Assembly: GCF_034003485.1 (NCBI RefSeq)
Contig: NZ_JAVEYL010000023.1
Coordinates: 27,410-59,409, forward strand
Direction of reading: 5' to 3'
DNA: 32,000 nt
Source of the DNA: Thauera sp.
Lineage (GTDB): Bacteria; Pseudomonadota; Gammaproteobacteria; Burkholderiales; Rhodocyclaceae
The translations under genes were made by a program, and so were the position numbers. The notes below the pieces were generated by a model, which was not told the origin of the DNA, made no database searches, and saw nothing but the letters and a program-made list of their open reading frames with translations. The first letter of the stretch is position 1. Each line of letters begins with the position of its first letter. This document shows positions 20,404 to 28,068 of this stretch, piece after piece.

Positions 20404-20663
20404 AGCGCCTCGCGCTCCTGCACCGGCAGCGGCGCTTCCTGTTCGGCCTCGAGCGCGGCGACGAAGTCGTCGTCCACTTCGCCAAGCGCTTTAAGGGCCT
20501 GCATCAGCGCGGTGCCACGCTGTACGCGCAAGGGGTGGATCACCAAGTCGCCCGCGTCGTTGCGCGTGATGCTGACGCGGTCGGTGTCGAGACGGAACTC
20601 TGCCGGGATACGGACCGCCTGGCTGTTGCCGTTGTTGAAGACGCGGCTGGGCAGTGTTTCCAT
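20400..20663 (-). CDS. vapB: AbrB/SpoVT-type antitoxin VapB
   Basis: ORF 20400..20663. SRVFNNGNSQAVRIPAEFRL is a typical swapped-hairpin AbrB-like N-terminus. Confidence 0.85.
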   Translation of the reverse strand: METLPSRVFNNGNSQAVRIPAEFRLDTDRVSITRNDAGDLVIHPLRVQRGTALMQALKALGEVDDDFVAALEAEQEAPLPVQEREAL

Positions 20664-20804
20664 GGCATCATCTCCTGTAAATACGCTAGCGTGTGTATTT
20701 TAGTGCTCGCGTAGCAATAGGGCAAATATCCACTGTTTGTTTCGCGTGGGCGGGCTGCGCCTCGAACCCGTAAGCTGACCTGCCTTCTGCGCTGCGCTCT
20801 TCAT

Positions 20805-21053
20805 TCAACGCACGATGAACGCTGCTGGCGTCAGGATTGGAATGCCGTGCCATGGGTTCAGCACAAGCAGATCCTTGTCCCCGCTGATGATCGCCGCCGC
20901 TTCGCCTGCGAGCTCGGCCAGGGTGTCTTCCGAGCCAAGCAGGCTGCCGCGGGCGAGCGCGAGATCGACCGCCTGGGCGGCGGTGCTGCGCGGCGCCAGC
21001 AGGCGGCTGACGAGAACGTTTGTGTCGACGACGAAGCGCAAGAACTCAGTCAT
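20805..21053 (-). CDS. PIN-domain toxin remnant with an apparent internal in-frame deletion (82 aa)
   Basis: ORF 20805..21053. The N-terminus (FVVDTNVLVSRLL) and C-terminus (IISGDKDLLVL..ILTPAAFI) align by eye with the 147-aa PIN protein at 16925..17368. About 55 central residues are missing. Confidence 0.55.
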   Translation of the reverse strand: MTEFLRFVVDTNVLVSRLLAPRSTAAQAVDLALARGSLLGSEDTLAELAGEAAAIISGDKDLLVLNPWHGIPILTPAAFIVR

Positions 21054-21303
21054 CGGCGAGCAATTCGGCGAGCTTGTCCTCGGTCAGGCCCGCTGCGGCG
21101 GCTTTCTCGCCGACTGCGTCGCAAAAGCGCTGAAATTCGGCGACGTTGAGTCGTGTGAGGCGCTCGTACTCCTTCATCGACAGAACGACCGCGACATCGC
21201 GCTTCTGGCGGCGGATCACGACGGGTTCGTGCGTGGCCAGGTCGAGCACGCGGGCCAGTCCCTGTTTTGCCTCGGTGGCGGAGACGGTGCGCATGGTGGT
21301 CAC
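21046..21303 (-). CDS. Phd/YefM-type antitoxin
   Basis: ORF 21046..21303. RTVSATEAKQGLARVLDLATHEPVVIRRQKRDVAVVLSMKEYERL is the typical Phd/YefM N-terminal fold signature. It overlaps the downstream PIN remnant by 8 nt. Confidence 0.75.
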   Translation of the reverse strand: MTTMRTVSATEAKQGLARVLDLATHEPVVIRRQKRDVAVVLSMKEYERLTRLNVAEFQRFCDAVGEKAAAAGLTEDKLAELLADD

Positions 21304-21400
21304 TCCTTACCGTTCAGGCGAACTTGGATTGTATGTTTTGTACGAAATGTACACAGTTGGCGAGCTGCGGGCGTGCTGCCGGCGGGCTTGGGCAAGCACG

Positions 21401-21691
21401 TCAGAGGCGCGCAGGAAATTCCCGTGCGGTGTGAACGACGTTGAGCACGATCACCGAGTCATCCGTCACTTTCACGAAGGCAATGTAGGGCAGTCGGCGA
21501 ACGACGAGTTCGCGTGCGCCCGGGACGCGCGCACTTGCCCGGATACGGTCCGGGAAGACGCGCAAGGCTTCGACTTCGGCAACGATGCGCGACTGGACGG
21601 ACGCTGCAGTCAATGGTCCTGCTTCAGCGTAGTAATAGGCGAGAATCTCCTCGAGGTCGTCCAGCGCCTCGTCGGTCCAGAGGATATTCAT
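21401..21691 (-). CDS. RelE/ParE family toxin
   Basis: ORF 21401..21691. It is 96 aa with a ParE-like pattern (W..EALDDLEEI..Y, then VPGARELVVRRLPYIAFVKV...VIVLNVVHTARE). There is a 4-nt overlap with the upstream antitoxin. Confidence 0.8.
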   Translation of the reverse strand: MNILWTDEALDDLEEILAYYYAEAGPLTAASVQSRIVAEVEALRVFPDRIRASARVPGARELVVRRLPYIAFVKVTDDSVIVLNVVHTAREFPARL

Positions 21692-21996
21692 GCACGACGA
21701 TTCCGCGCCGCCAAACGCTCGCGCAGCAGGGCCATGGCTTCGTCATGCGCATGTAGTTTGGTCTGGCCAGCGTCCAGGCGTTCGAGCGTGGCCGTGAGCT
21801 TCTCGAAGAGCCAGCCGTCGTAACCGGGTGTCTTGTCGAGCAGGAATTCGGGCAACAGCGTGTCTGCTGCGTCCTCGATCGACACCATGATGCCGACAGG
21901 GCGATCGTTCTTGGTGATGACGACCGGCTCCCGGCGCGATGCATCGAGGAATTCGCCGAACCGGTTCTTTGCTTCGCGTGCGGTCATGACTTTCAT
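21688..21996 (-). CDS. Phd/YefM-type antitoxin
   Basis: ORF 21688..21996. MTAREAKNRFGEFLDASRREPVVITKNDRPVGIMVSIEDA is a Phd/YefM-like N-terminus. Confidence 0.75.
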   Translation of the reverse strand: MKVMTAREAKNRFGEFLDASRREPVVITKNDRPVGIMVSIEDAADTLLPEFLLDKTPGYDGWLFEKLTATLERLDAGQTKLHAHDEAMALLRERLAARNRRA

Positions 21997-22148
21997 GATC
22001 AGTGTCCTGAGTAGTGTCGAGATAGGTCCATAGTAGCTACTTTAGGCGGCGCGGCAAGCGTCTGTGTCTGCGGGGGTCGATTGCGCTTGATCGCAAATGC
22101 AACCATGGTCATGATCATGGTCATGTCGATTGACCAAGGAACGCAACC

Positions 22149-22379
22149 ATGCAAACCATTCAAGCTTCCGAATTCAAGGCCCGCTGCCTCGCCCTGATGG
22201 ACCAGGTGGCGGCCTCCGGCGAGATCCTCGTCATCACCAAGAACGGCAAGCCCGTCGCCGAACTGCATCCTTATCAGGGCGCGCGCGCATCGTCGCCTTT
22301 CGGCCTGCATCCGGGCGTGCGCATCCTGGGCGATATCGTGTCGCCGGTCGCGGACGAGGACTGGGAGGCCTTGTCGTGA
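22149..22379 (+). CDS. Phd/YefM-type antitoxin
   Basis: ORF 22149..22379. IQASEFKARCLALMDQVAASGEILVITKNGKPVAEL. GTGA overlaps the downstream PIN gene. Confidence 0.8.
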   Translation: MQTIQASEFKARCLALMDQVAASGEILVITKNGKPVAELHPYQGARASSPFGLHPGVRILGDIVSPVADEDWEALS

Positions 22380-22777
22380 TCGTCCTCGATACACACGCGC
22401 TCATCTGGATGGATGCCGACGATGCCGCGCTCGGTCCTCAGGCGCGCGCGCGCATCGAGCAGGCATGGCGCGGGGGTGAAGTTGCGGTCAGCGCGATCAG
22501 CTTCTGGGAATGCGCCATGCTTGTGGATAAGGGGCGCATTGCCCTGCCGCTTGCTGTAGACGGCTGGCGGGCAGGCCTGCTGAGTGCAGGACTGGTCGAG
22601 ATTCCGCTCGACGGCCGCATCGCGCTCGCGGCTGCGGGGCTCGCCGACCTGCATCGTGACCCGGCAGACCGCTTCATCGCCGCATCCGCGGGGGCACGCA
22701 ACGCGACGCTGGTGACGGCGGACGAGAAGCTGCTGGCATGGAACTCGGCCCTGCTGCGGCTCGATGCACGGCGCTGA
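22376..22777 (+). CDS. vapC: type II toxin VapC (PIN domain)
   Basis: This is the in-frame part of ORF 22130..22777, from GTG 22376. It begins VIVLDTHALIWM and contains HRDPADRFIAASAGARNATLVTADEKL. Confidence 0.8.
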   Translation: MIVLDTHALIWMDADDAALGPQARARIEQAWRGGEVAVSAISFWECAMLVDKGRIALPLAVDGWRAGLLSAGLVEIPLDGRIALAAAGLADLHRDPADRFIAASAGARNATLVTADEKLLAWNSALLRLDARR

Positions 22778-22948
22778 GCGGCGTTCTGTTGCACGTCCGC
22801 AACAACAAAGGCTGGAATGTCGCGTTTTAGTGCTTCCAGGCTTGCAAGGTGGGCGGCAGGTTTGCAGAATCGCTCCAACTTCTCGCCAGAGAGGTGAGTA
22901 GGGCCAAGGCAAGTGCCTGGTCTCAACTTCAAATTTGAGGAGAAACAC

Positions 22949-23998
22949 ATGCAAAAGAAACTGATCGCGCTGGCTGTTGCTGGCCTCGTTTCGGCCCCGG
23001 CCTTCGCTCAGTCGAACGTGACCATCTACGGTGTGGCTGACGCCTACATGGCGTTTGGTGACCACGGTGACAACGACATGGGCGCCATCAACAGCGGCGG
23101 CCTGTCGGGTTCGCGTCTCGGTTTCCGCGGCGTCGAAGATCTGGGCAACGGCCTCAAGGCTGTGTTCACCTTCGAACAGGGCTACAACGTCGATGACGGC
23201 ACGGGCCTGGGTGGCAACTCGCGTCAGTCGTTCGTTGGCCTCTCGGGTGGTTTCGGTACCGTTAGCCTGGGTCGTCAGTACGCTCCTGGTTACGACTTCA
23301 TTGCTGACTCTTTCGGTAGCTCGCCGATCCTGTCGCCGCAAGCGATCCTTTCGGGCGCCGTGGGTTCGACGATCGATGCCAGCTCTGACGCTCGTTGGAA
23401 CAACTCCGTCGCCTACAACGGCGCTTTCTCGGGCCTGAAAGTTCGCGCCATCTACTCGATGGACGCTGATGTTAGCGGTCGTTCTGCGACCGAAGTTGGT
23501 ACCGATCCGTATGATGACGACGCGCTGGGCCTGGGCCTCGATTATTCGAACGGCCCGCTGCGTGTCGCCGCTGTTTACCAGTACCTGAAGGATGGTGTTG
23601 GCAGCGCAACTTCGGACGATCAGACGGAATGGTCGGTTGGTGGTAGCTACAACTTTGGTATCCTGACTCTGGCCGCCAACTACCAAGACTATGAGGCTGT
23701 TGGTAACCTCAGCGGTAACGACGGTGACATTTGGCAGGTTGGCGTGGTGGTGCCGGTTGGCGCTGCTGGCAACGTCCATCTGGGCTACGGTGAACTCGAC
23801 GCGGATCTTGCCGATGCCAAGGCTAAGTCCTACTCGATCGCTTACACGCACGCTCTGTCGAAGCGCACGACCGCTTACGCTGGCTACAACCGCACTGACA
23901 ACGATACTGGCCTGAACATCGGTGTTGTCCCCGCGCCGGCTGGCGTGACCGGCGAAGAAGCTGACGTCTTCGCTGTTGGCGTTCGCCACACCTTCTAA
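22949..23998 (+). CDS. outer-membrane general porin (betaproteobacterial OmpC-like / porin_4 type)
   Basis: This is the in-frame part of ORF 22913..23998. GAGGAG precedes ATG 22949. It has a signal peptide (MQKKLIALAVAGLVSAPAFA), then QSNVTIYGVAD, alternating beta-strand patterns, and a C-terminal F (AVGVRHTF). Codon usage differs from its neighbours, as in a highly expressed gene. Confidence 0.9.
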   Translation: MQKKLIALAVAGLVSAPAFAQSNVTIYGVADAYMAFGDHGDNDMGAINSGGLSGSRLGFRGVEDLGNGLKAVFTFEQGYNVDDGTGLGGNSRQSFVGLSGGFGTVSLGRQYAPGYDFIADSFGSSPILSPQAILSGAVGSTIDASSDARWNNSVAYNGAFSGLKVRAIYSMDADVSGRSATEVGTDPYDDDALGLGLDYSNGPLRVAAVYQYLKDGVGSATSDDQTEWSVGGSYNFGILTLAANYQDYEAVGNLSGNDGDIWQVGVVVPVGAAGNVHLGYGELDADLADAKAKSYSIAYTHALSKRTTAYAGYNRTDNDTGLNIGVVPAPAGVTGEEADVFAVGVRHTF

Positions 23999-24024
23999 TC
24001 TGTTCTCAAGACAGGTTTGAAAGT

Positions 24025-24052
24025 AAAAACGGGCCTTCGGGCCCGTTTTTTC
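24025..24052 (+). terminator. rho-independent terminator of the porin gene
   Basis: Stem ACGGGCC (24029..24035), loop TTCG, stem GGCCCGT (24040..24046), followed by a T-run. Confidence 0.8.
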
Positions 24053-24072
24053 GTTCACGCTCACCACATCAA

Positions 24073-24092
24073 CCGTCGCGTTACACGACGCT
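24073..24092. repeat. island palindrome family, copy (CGTCG-N7-CGACGCT)
   Basis: The sequence is cCGTCGcgttacaCGACGCT, directly after the integrase stop codon (24093..24095) at the left edge of the island. Confidence 0.5.
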
Positions 24093-25397
24093 TTAGCGCA
24101 GTGGATCGAGCTTGAAAAACTCGCCCGACAGCCTGCCTGCGTGCCAGTTCGCCATCAGTTCTTCCTTGTGTAGTTCGATCCACGCATTCACCAGCATCTG
24201 CTTGTTGCGCGGCAGCTCGCCGAAGATGGGCTTGTTGGCGGCAATGTCGAAACCCGCTTCCAGTCCCTCATACATCGCGAGCAGAAACGGCGCGGTGGGC
24301 TTCTTGGTCTTGGGCATTGGCAGCGCAACGATGATGCCGTGGTAAGCGGAGATCATCCGCAGGTCAGTCACACAGGGGCGCTGAGAGGGTGGCCGCGTGT
24401 ACAAGTGCGCGATGTCGAGTCCCGAGAACGCCAACCTGCTGACCGCTTCGAACAGTGGTTCCAATGGATACTGCTCGTTGCCATAACGACGACTGGCACG
24501 CTGCTGCGTGTGACCTGACAGTGCGTCGTGCACTTCCTCCTCGATGCCCACCGCGCGACACGCATCCTTGAAGGTGTGGCGGAACGAGTGGAACACCTTG
24601 CGACTGTCGGTGATGCCCACTTTGCTGCGCAGGTAGATCGAGAACCACGTGCTGAAGTAGCCGCCGAGCTTGCCGCGACCGTTGGCACGTAGTTCGGGGA
24701 ACAGCAGACCAGGTCGCCGCGCACGTGCCACGTAGTCGAGAAAGCCACAGTCGAGCAGTTGGGGATGTAGTGGGATGCGACGACGGGACGCGGCGTTTTT
24801 CAACTGTGCGTGTGCTGCGTCGTCGGTGATGCTGAGGTAGTGACCCAGCGTGTCGTCGTGCCGCACATCGGCCACCATCAACTGTGCCAACTCTTCCACC
24901 CGCGCACCCGTAAAAAGCGCCAGCAGCGGCAACCAGTAAGCCGCTTCACGACCGCCGCCTTTGGGAAACTTGCGCTGGGTATAAACCTCGCTTTGAAACA
25001 GGCGGTTCAACTCGTCGGCAGTAAAGGCCACGCGTGCTTTCTGCTGCGGCGTGGCGATGGCCCGCACATCGGCTGCTGGATTGTGGGCCGTATGCTGGTA
25101 GTCGATGGCGGTGCGGAAGAAGCCTTTGAGAATGCCGATTTTGTGGTTTGCGGTGACGGCGCTTTGTCCTGCTGCCAGCAAGTGATCACGAAAGGCCAGC
25201 ACATCACGGCGCTCGATCTCGGCAAGTGGCTTGTGCTCCACGAACACGGCGAACGAGTCGAACACCTTGCGATACTCGACAATGGTTGTCGCTCGTCGCT
25301 TGGTTGATGTGCGCTGCCACTGCTCGAACAACTCGTCGTAAGCGGCCGTGGCTGGCGCTGCTGTCGTGCTCGATGTGGATGTGCTTGTGCGTGTCAT
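24093..25397 (-). CDS. tyrosine-type site-specific integrase fused in frame to a DUF4160-like C-terminal domain
   Basis: ORF 24093..25397. Catalytic signature: FTGARVEEL (Arg), HSFRHTF (HxxR), SGH, RRY (Tyr). Residues 348-434 (MISAYHGIIVAL...LPRNKQMLVNAWIELHKEELMANW...FFKLDPL) resemble a complete DUF4160 protein, including its own Met. Confidence 0.85.
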   Translation of the reverse strand: MTRTSTSTSSTTAAPATAAYDELFEQWQRTSTKRRATTIVEYRKVFDSFAVFVEHKPLAEIERRDVLAFRDHLLAAGQSAVTANHKIGILKGFFRTAIDYQHTAHNPAADVRAIATPQQKARVAFTADELNRLFQSEVYTQRKFPKGGGREAAYWLPLLALFTGARVEELAQLMVADVRHDDTLGHYLSITDDAAHAQLKNAASRRRIPLHPQLLDCGFLDYVARARRPGLLFPELRANGRGKLGGYFSTWFSIYLRSKVGITDSRKVFHSFRHTFKDACRAVGIEEEVHDALSGHTQQRASRRYGNEQYPLEPLFEAVSRLAFSGLDIAHLYTRPPSQRPCVTDLRMISAYHGIIVALPMPKTKKPTAPFLLAMYEGLEAGFDIAANKPIFGELPRNKQMLVNAWIELHKEELMANWHAGRLSGEFFKLDPLR

Positions 25398-25408
25398 CGC
25401 TGTCGGTG

Positions 25409-25429
25409 AGCGTCGTGAAACGCGACGCT
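25409..25429. repeat. island palindrome family, copy (AGCGTCG-N7-CGACGCT)
   Basis: The sequence is AGCGTCGtgaaacgCGACGCT, 12 bp upstream of the integrase start. Confidence 0.6.
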
Positions 25430-25485
25430 ACGAGAAAGTGTGTGTGACCGTCCCATTACGCGACGCTTGAGAGATTGAATGCGTG

Positions 25486-25506
25486 AGCGTCGCGTAAAGA
25501 GACGCT
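25486..25506. repeat. island palindrome family, copy (AGCGTCG-N7-aGACGCT)
   Basis: The sequence is AGCGTCGcgtaaagAGACGCT. Its first 12 nt are the exact reverse complement of TTACGCGACGCT at 25456..25467. Confidence 0.55.
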
Positions 25507-25511
25507 TGCGA

Positions 25512-25946
25512 TCACTTCGGCTTGCGCACGATGCTGGCTGTGACGCTCTCGATGGCGCTGTCCAGTTCGCCCGCTTCGGCAGCCTGCTTGATCGTGGTAA
25601 GCGTCGGCACAATCTCAGCCGTGCTTTCCAGCTCGACCGCGTTCGTGTTCTTGCTGAGCGGCAGCACCTTGTTGCCATAGCGGATCGCAAGTTGAACCTT
25701 GCCGTTTGCTTCCCACCACCACGCCTTCACTTTCTTTTGCGCTTCGACGGTGACGCGCTCGCCCGTCTCTTCGTTGCGCACCTTGCGCTTGCTCTTGAGT
25801 TCGAAGCTCGCGCCTTCGTACACCGAGCGTGCCCACTCAATCTGCTCGGTAAGCTGCTTGATGAGTTTTGCGCGTCGTTGCTGTTGCGGGGAAAGCTCGT
25901 TAGGACGCTTGGCGGAAACAAGCTTGAGGGTGTTCAGCAGTGCCAT
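25512..25946 (-). CDS. hypothetical protein (144 aa, Lys/Glu-rich)
   Basis: ORF 25512..25946. GGAG lies 9 nt upstream of the ATG. MALLNTLKLVSAKRPNELSPQQQRRAKLIKQL...KVKAWWWEANGKVQLAIRYGNKVL. I could not confidently name a family. Confidence 0.6.
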   Translation of the reverse strand: MALLNTLKLVSAKRPNELSPQQQRRAKLIKQLTEQIEWARSVYEGASFELKSKRKVRNEETGERVTVEAQKKVKAWWWEANGKVQLAIRYGNKVLPLSKNTNAVELESTAEIVPTLTTIKQAAEAGELDSAIESVTASIVRKPK

Positions 25947-27606
25947 TTTCGACGCTCCATGTGTGTATGTTGTATGGATAGTTTATGGTCGATGCTGGCG
26001 TCGGACGACCGAAATTTGTCGCTGGCTGCTCCACCGAGAACTGCGCTTGTAGTGCTGCCTTCTCGATTGCGCATTGAGTTGCGAACTGCTCCTCTTCACG
26101 GATGTGCCGATGGTGTGCTTGCTCTTGGCGCGCTACCTCGGCAGAGTCGCTGAGGTATGGCTTCAGTTCTTTACCTTCCAGATGCCAGTAAGGAATGCCC
26201 GTCTGCTCTCTCATTTCAAGTTCGATGGTCGCTTTTAGCTCAGCGCCCAGTTTTCGATCCAAAATCACTGCGTCGTGTATCGAGGCGACGACCTGGCGCC
26301 CCTTGCTGGTTACGATTTTCTTCACGGCATCCATCGCCCACGTTTCGAAATGCTGATAGAGAAATGCGATAACGAGTGGTTTGCTTATGCGTCCGCTCTC
26401 CGTTCTCAATCGTGGGCTATCGAGTAAGGTCGGTATTTCTTTTAATGCGTAGGCATAGATCAACTCATCCATCACCTTCTGTTCCTGAATGAAGCCGCGG
26501 ATGGGTGCGCAAGTCAGAAAGCGACGGCGGTGGATCGGGTTTTTGATGATGTCGACTAATGCGGGGTTGTGCCAACTTCCATTCTTTAACCAGCCGCTTC
26601 GCTGCTCGCGTGCGCCAAAACTGATTGCCGTGATCGCTTGTTTGACGATGCGTTTCTGTAGATCCTCGTTGACGTTATCGTCCTTCTTGAATGTTAGTAA
26701 GCATATCTCCTTGACGATCGCAGGTTTGTCATCGATGAAGTAAATGCTGTTCTTAAATAGCGCGTCGGGTCTCGCACTTGGGTCAAGGGTTCGCGCTAAA
26801 TCGCTTCCCATACCGACCTTCCAAGATATGACGGCCGATCGTATGTCGTATTCCCAGCAGCCGCCATACATCGCTCGCCGTAGTTGCTTGCGAACAGACT
26901 GCGCACTGATGCCTTCGTAGTAGGTGCGGCCAAAAGCGCTTGGCTTGCGTCGTTGAAGATAAATGCCGCCCAGCTCGGTCGCGATGTTCAGAATGTGCGC
27001 AGCTTGGGTGAGGTCGGTGAGCCGCTTGTCCTCGGTTAAATGCTTGGGCTTTGTCTTGAGCCAATCGATGTAAGCCTGTAGTGACTTTGTGTTGACGGGT
27101 GTGGGGTCGAAGATTTCGAATAGCTCAGCTAGGCTGTTGATGGTCGCTGCTTCTGGATAGGTGCGGTCGATGAGGCTGCGTCCAGTTTGACTGCTGTCAC
27201 TGCCGCTCAACAGTTGAGCAGTTGCGCTATTGGTGCTTCCGAACTGCGCGATGTTGTCGAAGGTGATTGTGACTAAGGGCGAGAGCTTTACTTGCGAGAG
27301 TTTGTGGGTGAGGTTATTGCCTCGTTCGACGGCAATGACCAACGACAGCTTGTTCTGTTCAAGCCACTTATGTAGTCGTATCTTGTCGCGTCCGAGCTGT
27401 CCGCCTTTATTGCTCAGCGTGTGTAGCGATAGGCTGTATAGGTTGAGTTTGCTTTGCGCGGGTGTGCGCCCGTTGACGACAGACCTGGTAATCAAGTCTT
27501 CGAGGGTGGTGACGTATTTCTTGAGTGCGCGCGCGACGTTTGACGTTGGGAATGCCTCGGTGAGTGCGCGCGATACTTTCTCATCTACTTGTATATTGAT
27601 CGACAT
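25900..27606 (-). CDS. 568-aa protein with family-A (Pol I / T7-like) single-subunit polymerase-like motifs; function unknown
   Basis: ORF 25900..27606. AGGAGG lies upstream of ATG 27606. By-eye motifs: SAFGRTYY (aa 224-231), EYDIRSAVIS (D254), KQAITAISFG (K322..F330-G331) and ASIHDAV (H444-D445). Their order and spacing resemble palm/fingers motifs A, B and C. The call is not supported by any search. Confidence 0.7.
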   Translation of the reverse strand: MSINIQVDEKVSRALTEAFPTSNVARALKKYVTTLEDLITRSVVNGRTPAQSKLNLYSLSLHTLSNKGGQLGRDKIRLHKWLEQNKLSLVIAVERGNNLTHKLSQVKLSPLVTITFDNIAQFGSTNSATAQLLSGSDSSQTGRSLIDRTYPEAATINSLAELFEIFDPTPVNTKSLQAYIDWLKTKPKHLTEDKRLTDLTQAAHILNIATELGGIYLQRRKPSAFGRTYYEGISAQSVRKQLRRAMYGGCWEYDIRSAVISWKVGMGSDLARTLDPSARPDALFKNSIYFIDDKPAIVKEICLLTFKKDDNVNEDLQKRIVKQAITAISFGAREQRSGWLKNGSWHNPALVDIIKNPIHRRRFLTCAPIRGFIQEQKVMDELIYAYALKEIPTLLDSPRLRTESGRISKPLVIAFLYQHFETWAMDAVKKIVTSKGRQVVASIHDAVILDRKLGAELKATIELEMREQTGIPYWHLEGKELKPYLSDSAEVARQEQAHHRHIREEEQFATQCAIEKAALQAQFSVEQPATNFGRPTPASTINYPYNIHTWSVENGTAEHPQACFRQAS

Positions 27607-27646
27607 AAATCCTCCTTTCTCATATTTATGCGCTGAAAAAGTAGGT

Positions 27647-27669
27647 GTGTGACTTTTTAAAAGTCACAC
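27647..27669. repeat. 23-bp perfect palindrome GTGTGACTTTT-T-AAAAGTCACAC
   Basis: It has 11-bp arms and lies 41-63 bp upstream of the polymerase-like ORF start. It overlaps a possible -35 (GTCACA) that is followed 17 nt later by CATAAA on the minus strand. Confidence 0.6.
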
Positions 27670-28068
27670 GCTTATAGTAATAAGTTGTCTCTCTTTATTG
27701 ATGAATGATGATGGGTGTGATGGGTGCGAAGCAAGCGCATTCCTCCTTTCTTTCTTTTTTGGGTTGCGCTTTGTTTGTTTTGTTTTGCTTTTCTGCGCAG
27801 CGCAGGCGTAGACGCGTTAAAAAGCGCTGTGGCGCGTTTTTTGGGTGTCGGGAATGTGTGGGTAGCTGGGCGGCGCGCTTGCCGCTTAAAACGCGTTTAA
27901 ACGCGTCGGTGTGTCGCGCACTAAAAACCAAAGAGAATAGTGAAAAGCTTTGATTCTGCGCTAAGTCTTTGAAAGTTAATAACCCGCTGCTGCGCAATGC
28001 GCGGTTGTCCTCATAGAACCAAAGAAAACATAATAAATGCGCTTGAATTATTTGATTCTGGAGGGCGT

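Noticed and set aside
22274-24067. 597-aa minus-strand ORF
   Set aside because: It is antisense to the VapC and porin genes. The open frame is explained by the biased codon composition of the porin gene.
27740-27790. Possible CRISPR or other short-repeat array in the T-rich tract
   Set aside because: It contains only degenerate TTTG/TTTTG reiterations with no repeat-spacer periodicity. No CRISPR-like array is present anywhere in the window.
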